DNA from: Bacillota bacterium
GTDB taxonomy: Bacteria > Bacillota > DTU025
Assembly: GCA_050951805.1 (NCBI GenBank)
Contig: JBMNJT010000002.1
Span: 128,001 to 192,000, forward strand
Direction of reading: 5' to 3'
Length of the DNA stretch: 64,000 nt
Program-made: the position numbers and the translations under genes
Part shown: in pieces, positions 61,001-64,000 of the stretch
How positions within the stretch are numbered: position 1 is the first letter of the stretch
Layout of the letters: each line of letters opens with the position of its first letter
Notes under the pieces: model-generated
The model's input: the letters and a program-made list of their open reading frames with translations, nothing else
Database searches by the model: none
What the model was told of the DNA's origin: nothing

Positions 61001-63547
61001 TATGGCGAGCTCGATGGAGTCCTCGATGGGTGTACTGTGGGCATCGAGAATTCTTCTGGAACCGTCGGACTGCAGGTTGCTCACAACGAGCCTTACTTGC
61101 ATAGCAATATGGCTATCGAGTTTACGCGTTCAAGTGATGCCTTAAGCTTCAAACCTGCGCGTGGCGTGGTGAGGCCTGGCGAAAGTGCAGCGATAGCTGT
61201 TGAACTGGATGCGAGAGCGCTGCCAGAGGGATTGCACAAGAGGGACATTGTGGTTGCGACCAATGATCTCAACAGCCCGTCTCTTGCAGTGCCGGTTTCG
61301 ATAGAGGTAACGCCCAACGCGGTTCCTGTGATAATCCGCGCTGAAGCAACCCCATCGCAAGGCGAACCCCCGCTTAGAGTGACGTTTGCGGCTGAGGCTA
61401 TTGATCCGGATGCAAACGGCGCCGTGGCTGACATGTGGTGGGACTTTGGCGATGGATCCGAGCCTGAGCATGTTGCCGAGACGAGTCACGTATATGCTGA
61501 GGCCGGACGCTACATGGCATCATTTTATGCTGTGGACGATATGGGGGCAGAGGCATCCGTTTCACTGTGGATCAACGTGGCTCGGGCGCCGCACGCTGTG
61601 ATAGATGTGGACTCGGTGGATGTTGCAGTGCTGCCCGATTTCCAGGGTGTTGCTTACGTGAAGATCCAGAACACCGGGGATGTGCCAATGAGGTATCGAG
61701 TGACCGGGCTTGAGAAACCGGGAGATGTGAAGATAACGAAGACTGCCGGAACGGATGAACTCGATCCGACTTCACCTTACGCCATCTCCACATTCGAGGT
61801 GGAAGGCGATTCAGTGCGCACGTTGAAGCCGGAGGCGGTTCTGAAGTCATGGGAGATTCCCGCGGCCAGTGAAGGCGGACCGGGATGGCCATGGGGTTGC
61901 GGCTTCGACGGAGAGCACATCTGGGTGTCAGACGTGAAGAAAGCCAACTTCAAGTACACCACTGACGGGGACTTCACAGGAGACAGATTCGACACCACCC
62001 AATGGACAACAGGGTGGGGAGGCGACTTCGCCTGGGACGGAAATCTCATGTGGCAAGTGAGTGTCGGTGGCAAGAACTACATCGGGGGACTCGATCCTCA
62101 GACAGGTGAATGCCTCGACATCATATCTGACCCGGATGGAATCTGGGATGGCCATGCTGAAAGAGGATTGGCCTATGATCCTGTCGAGGACGTATTCTAT
62201 ATCGGCGGCTGGGTGGACTACAAGATATACAAGATAGCAGGTAAGTCCTGGCCCGAGCCTGGCAAGATCCTGCGAGTGTATGACGATGTGACGCTTGCAG
62301 TTGCGGGTATCGCTAGGGTCGGCTGGCACCTGGTGCTCACGCTCAATACCCATCCCGACCTTGTTGCTGTGATGGACAGCATAACTGGCGAGATCATCAC
62401 CTGGATGGAGTCTCCATCGGTCAGCTCGATCCGGGTCGGCGGTTGTGAACAGGACGAAAACGGCAACGTATGGATGGTATACCAGGGTGAACAGGAACGT
62501 CCTGGTATGGCATACCTGCTCGACATGGGCCTTGCCTTGAACGATCCGCCTGAGTGGATGAGTATTTCGGAAGGCGAAGGGATTCTCCAGCCTGGCGAGG
62601 CTGCAGAGGTCGAAGTGAAGTTCAACGCATCTAGCGCGATGAAGCCTGGAGATGAGTATGAGGCCCAGATAGTGGTGACGACGAGCGATCCTGAAAATCA
62701 GATGTTGGTCTTGCCGGTCAACATGCGGATAAACGCCGCGCCTGCGGCGGACTTCAGTTTCGCGCGCACTGGCGAGGTTGCTGTGAGGATGATTGATGAA
62801 TCAACCGATTCGGACGGCGACATAACCGCGTGGAGCTGGTCGTTCGGGGATGGCACCACTTCCACTGAGAAGAATCCAGTTCATGAATACGCTGAGATTG
62901 GCACATACGAAGTGACCCTGACGGTCGCTGACAATGATGGCGCAACTGATACCATCACAAAGGTAGTCGACATAGATGCGCTTCCGTCAGTAGTCGTGTT
63001 GGCGCCGTTTGGCGGTGAGGTCTGGATGGGAACCAATGAGATCAGATGGACTGCGTCAGACACTGACACGCTCCCTGATGAGCTACTCATCAAGCTCGAG
63101 TTCTCATCAGACGGGGGAAAGACGTGGAAGCCGATTATGGACGGCGTCGAAAACAACGGGTCTTACACCTGGAATACTGCTGTGGTCGAGAAGGGCGATC
63201 GTTACGTGGTTCGGGTGACTGCAACGGATCCCGAAGGCGGGATTGGTGAAGGCGAGAGCGGAGAGTTCACGATCATCATCCTGTCTGAGGCGGTTGTGGC
63301 AGCTCCGAACCCAGCAAACCAGAACGTCACCTTCTACTACAACATCGCGGCAGATGGCAAGCTGTATGTGTATGACATAGCCGGAAGACTTGTCTACACG
63401 GCTGATATGGCGTCTGCAGCGAATGCACATGACTGGAATCTCGTTGCGACAGATGGACGACCTATAGCCAACGGTCTCTATCTCTACGTCATCGTCACAG
63501 AGGGCGGAGAGGTCTCCAAGGTCGGAAGGCTTGTGGTTGCAAAGTAG
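58061..63547 (+). CDS. Secreted S8 subtilase with PKD repeats and a T9SS/FlgD-like C-terminal domain
   Basis: Signal peptide and propeptide; VAVLD, HGTH and GTSMATPH triad; three PKD modules (WDFADG, WDFGDG, WSFGDG); C-terminus APNPA...VYDIAGRLV...W...DGRPIANGLYLY...KVGRLVVAK. Confidence 0.93.
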   Translation: MKRHTRWLLVVTVLVAVAALGIGWSAMANERSAVALDPEQWAPAWQEGAEEFVPGEYLVRFVPGVQTVEAENIMGRSTMSIIKEIKFDPCKAFPEGLTLYHVKVEPGVVSAEAVCALEADPRVEYVEPNRKIFAAETVIPDDEYFNLLWGLHNIGQTFIGNVSGVEDADIDAPEAWAHRREAPEVIVAVLDADIQVDHPDLAPRMFINEGEIPGNGIDDDGNGFIDDVCGWDFHHNDNTLYDGESHHGTHTCGTIGAVGNNGIGVVGVAWNVKILPIKFIGPSGGSLADAAAALAYARQMGATITSNSWGYSGGPDKALEDAFAASDMLAICAAGNVAMDNDSNPNKSHYPSSYPLDNIIAVAATDCNDELAYFSCIGATTVDLAAPGHRILSTVPEEMYEVPYAFLSGTSMATPHVAGAAALLIAEYGDMPQYPGAEGYVEGDMTIKDLLLATVDKKPQLYGKMVSGGRLNLRNALLQMMPPVIESVGVDYTYGTPPLTVNFTAKVGAPESIANMWWDFADGSELCYEPNTTHVYENSGSYKATFHAVDVNGLEATASVAVAVFDDSYFVMIDDDGGNAVDEWYTNSLDRLGYKWVKLEPPVTLPTDITNPVIWFTANAARTTLTAEDQAWIGEYLDNGGRLFLSSQGVIDDLDIDHPFIHEYLHVASVRKNVGAKRVFGVPGDPMTDGWDITTEPLFMDRSDSIIPDDVAVPILINDSGRACALRYVGDNGSRLIFFSFPFEFIPGGATDSGPGSGSEDRPAVKVMDAIAKFLTEPGVAQVEVSPSSLEAVMAHGTTKQETFTISNKGDCDLYFDLSVAMPVQAEKNGGPDEFGYVWQDSDDPNGPAVEWVDITEKGTLAVFGDDYYKELDLPFEFDFYGQKKNSILISTNGYVTFGLRGAASSHTPIPDATAPNDMIALFWADVNARDGGVYYWHDARNGRFIVSYDGVQKQNEEYEPEGSFDFQVHLYEDGRIVLQYGELDGVLDGCTVGIENSSGTVGLQVAHNEPYLHSNMAIEFTRSSDALSFKPARGVVRPGESAAIAVELDARALPEGLHKRDIVVATNDLNSPSLAVPVSIEVTPNAVPVIIRAEATPSQGEPPLRVTFAAEAIDPDANGAVADMWWDFGDGSEPEHVAETSHVYAEAGRYMASFYAVDDMGAEASVSLWINVARAPHAVIDVDSVDVAVLPDFQGVAYVKIQNTGDVPMRYRVTGLEKPGDVKITKTAGTDELDPTSPYAISTFEVEGDSVRTLKPEAVLKSWEIPAASEGGPGWPWGCGFDGEHIWVSDVKKANFKYTTDGDFTGDRFDTTQWTTGWGGDFAWDGNLMWQVSVGGKNYIGGLDPQTGECLDIISDPDGIWDGHAERGLAYDPVEDVFYIGGWVDYKIYKIAGKSWPEPGKILRVYDDVTLAVAGIARVGWHLVLTLNTHPDLVAVMDSITGEIITWMESPSVSSIRVGGCEQDENGNVWMVYQGEQERPGMAYLLDMGLALNDPPEWMSISEGEGILQPGEAAEVEVKFNASSAMKPGDEYEAQIVVTTSDPENQMLVLPVNMRINAAPAADFSFARTGEVAVRMIDESTDSDGDITAWSWSFGDGTTSTEKNPVHEYAEIGTYEVTLTVADNDGATDTITKVVDIDALPSVVVLAPFGGEVWMGTNEIRWTASDTDTLPDELLIKLEFSSDGGKTWKPIMDGVENNGSYTWNTAVVEKGDRYVVRVTATDPEGGIGEGESGEFTIIILSEAVVAAPNPANQNVTFYYNIAADGKLYVYDIAGRLVYTADMASAANAHDWNLVATDGRPIANGLYLYVIVTEGGEVSKVGRLVVAK

Positions 63548-63558
63548 CATACAGGAAT

Positions 63559-63598
63559 ATGCGGGGGCGGGCGGTGTCTGCCGATCCGGCCCCGCATC
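63559..63598 (+). terminator. Hairpin after the S8 gene
   Basis: ATGCGGGG...CCCCGCAT stem with a weak U tail. Confidence 0.5.
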
Positions 63599-63705
63599 TT
63601 GAAGCTTTATGGGTCGCGAGTTGCGCCTGTAGGCACAGCCCGCGGCAGACGACGTAGATTACAAGATGAGGCCACTGATGTGGATACGAAAGGACGGAGC
63701 AAATT

Positions 63706-64000
63706 ATGCGACGGATCAGCAGGTCAGTGCAGCGCCGCATGGCAACTGTTCTTATGGCGGCGCTTCTTGCTGTGGCCATTGCGGGACAGGCGTTTGCTGC
63801 AGAGGAAACGAGTGATCCAGTTGGAACAGCTGCCATGCTAAACCTTGGTATGGGGGCGCGAGCAATTGGCATGGGTGGCGCCCATATTGCGGTAGCCGAC
63901 GATGCAACGGCGATATACTATAACCCTGCGGCATTAGATGTCATCCGTGATCGCAATGTGACTTCGCTATACGCAAGGCTGCATGGGGCAGCAGACTACT
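63706..64000 (+). CDS. PorV/PorQ (FadL-like, UPF0164) outer-membrane protein, 5' part
   Basis: Not in the ORF track. Manual translation gives a signal peptide (AFA/AE), then LNLGMGARAIGMGGAHIAVADDATAIYYNPAAL; open to the window edge. Confidence 0.85.
   Translation, partial: MRRISRSVQRRMATVLMAALLAVAIAGQAFAAEETSDPVGTAAMLNLGMGARAIGMGGAHIAVADDATAIYYNPAALDVIRDRNVTSLYARLHGAADY

Overview
Bacterial chromosomal segment, most likely from an anaerobic Bacillota (Firmicutes)-like organism with an outer membrane. This is an inference from GlpP, a PrsA-like foldase, strong SD sites, class III RNR and AOR, together with Wzi-like and PorV-like barrels and secreted proteins lacking lipoboxes. From left to right: a TrmB regulator divergent from an SCP2-like/Fe-ADH/AOR/MoaD operon; an MCP; a complete type I-B CRISPR-Cas operon (cas8b with a probable internal cas11, cas7, cas5, cas3, cas4, cas1, cas2); nested IS256/IS21 remnants; the leader and a 74-repeat array; a convergent cas6 plus an orphan CARF-HEPN (Csm6/TIGR02710-like) gene; cobalamin riboswitch-nrdDG; a LacI-controlled GH130/ABC/GH5 locus with three unknown secreted proteins; cstA; a nucleoside phosphorylase; an SSS transporter; glpP-ADH; envelope genes; and a 1828-aa S8 protease with a T9SS-like C-terminal domain followed by a PorV/PorQ-like gene. 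The most notable observations are a T9SS-like cargo/PorV pair outside Bacteroidota, a degenerate mini-array (crRNA-like regulator candidate) upstream of cas8b, an abrupt spacer-length shift in the array, a candidate beta-1,2-mannan-degrading enzyme set, and a type III effector with no Cas10 in view. All calls were made by eye; no searches were run.
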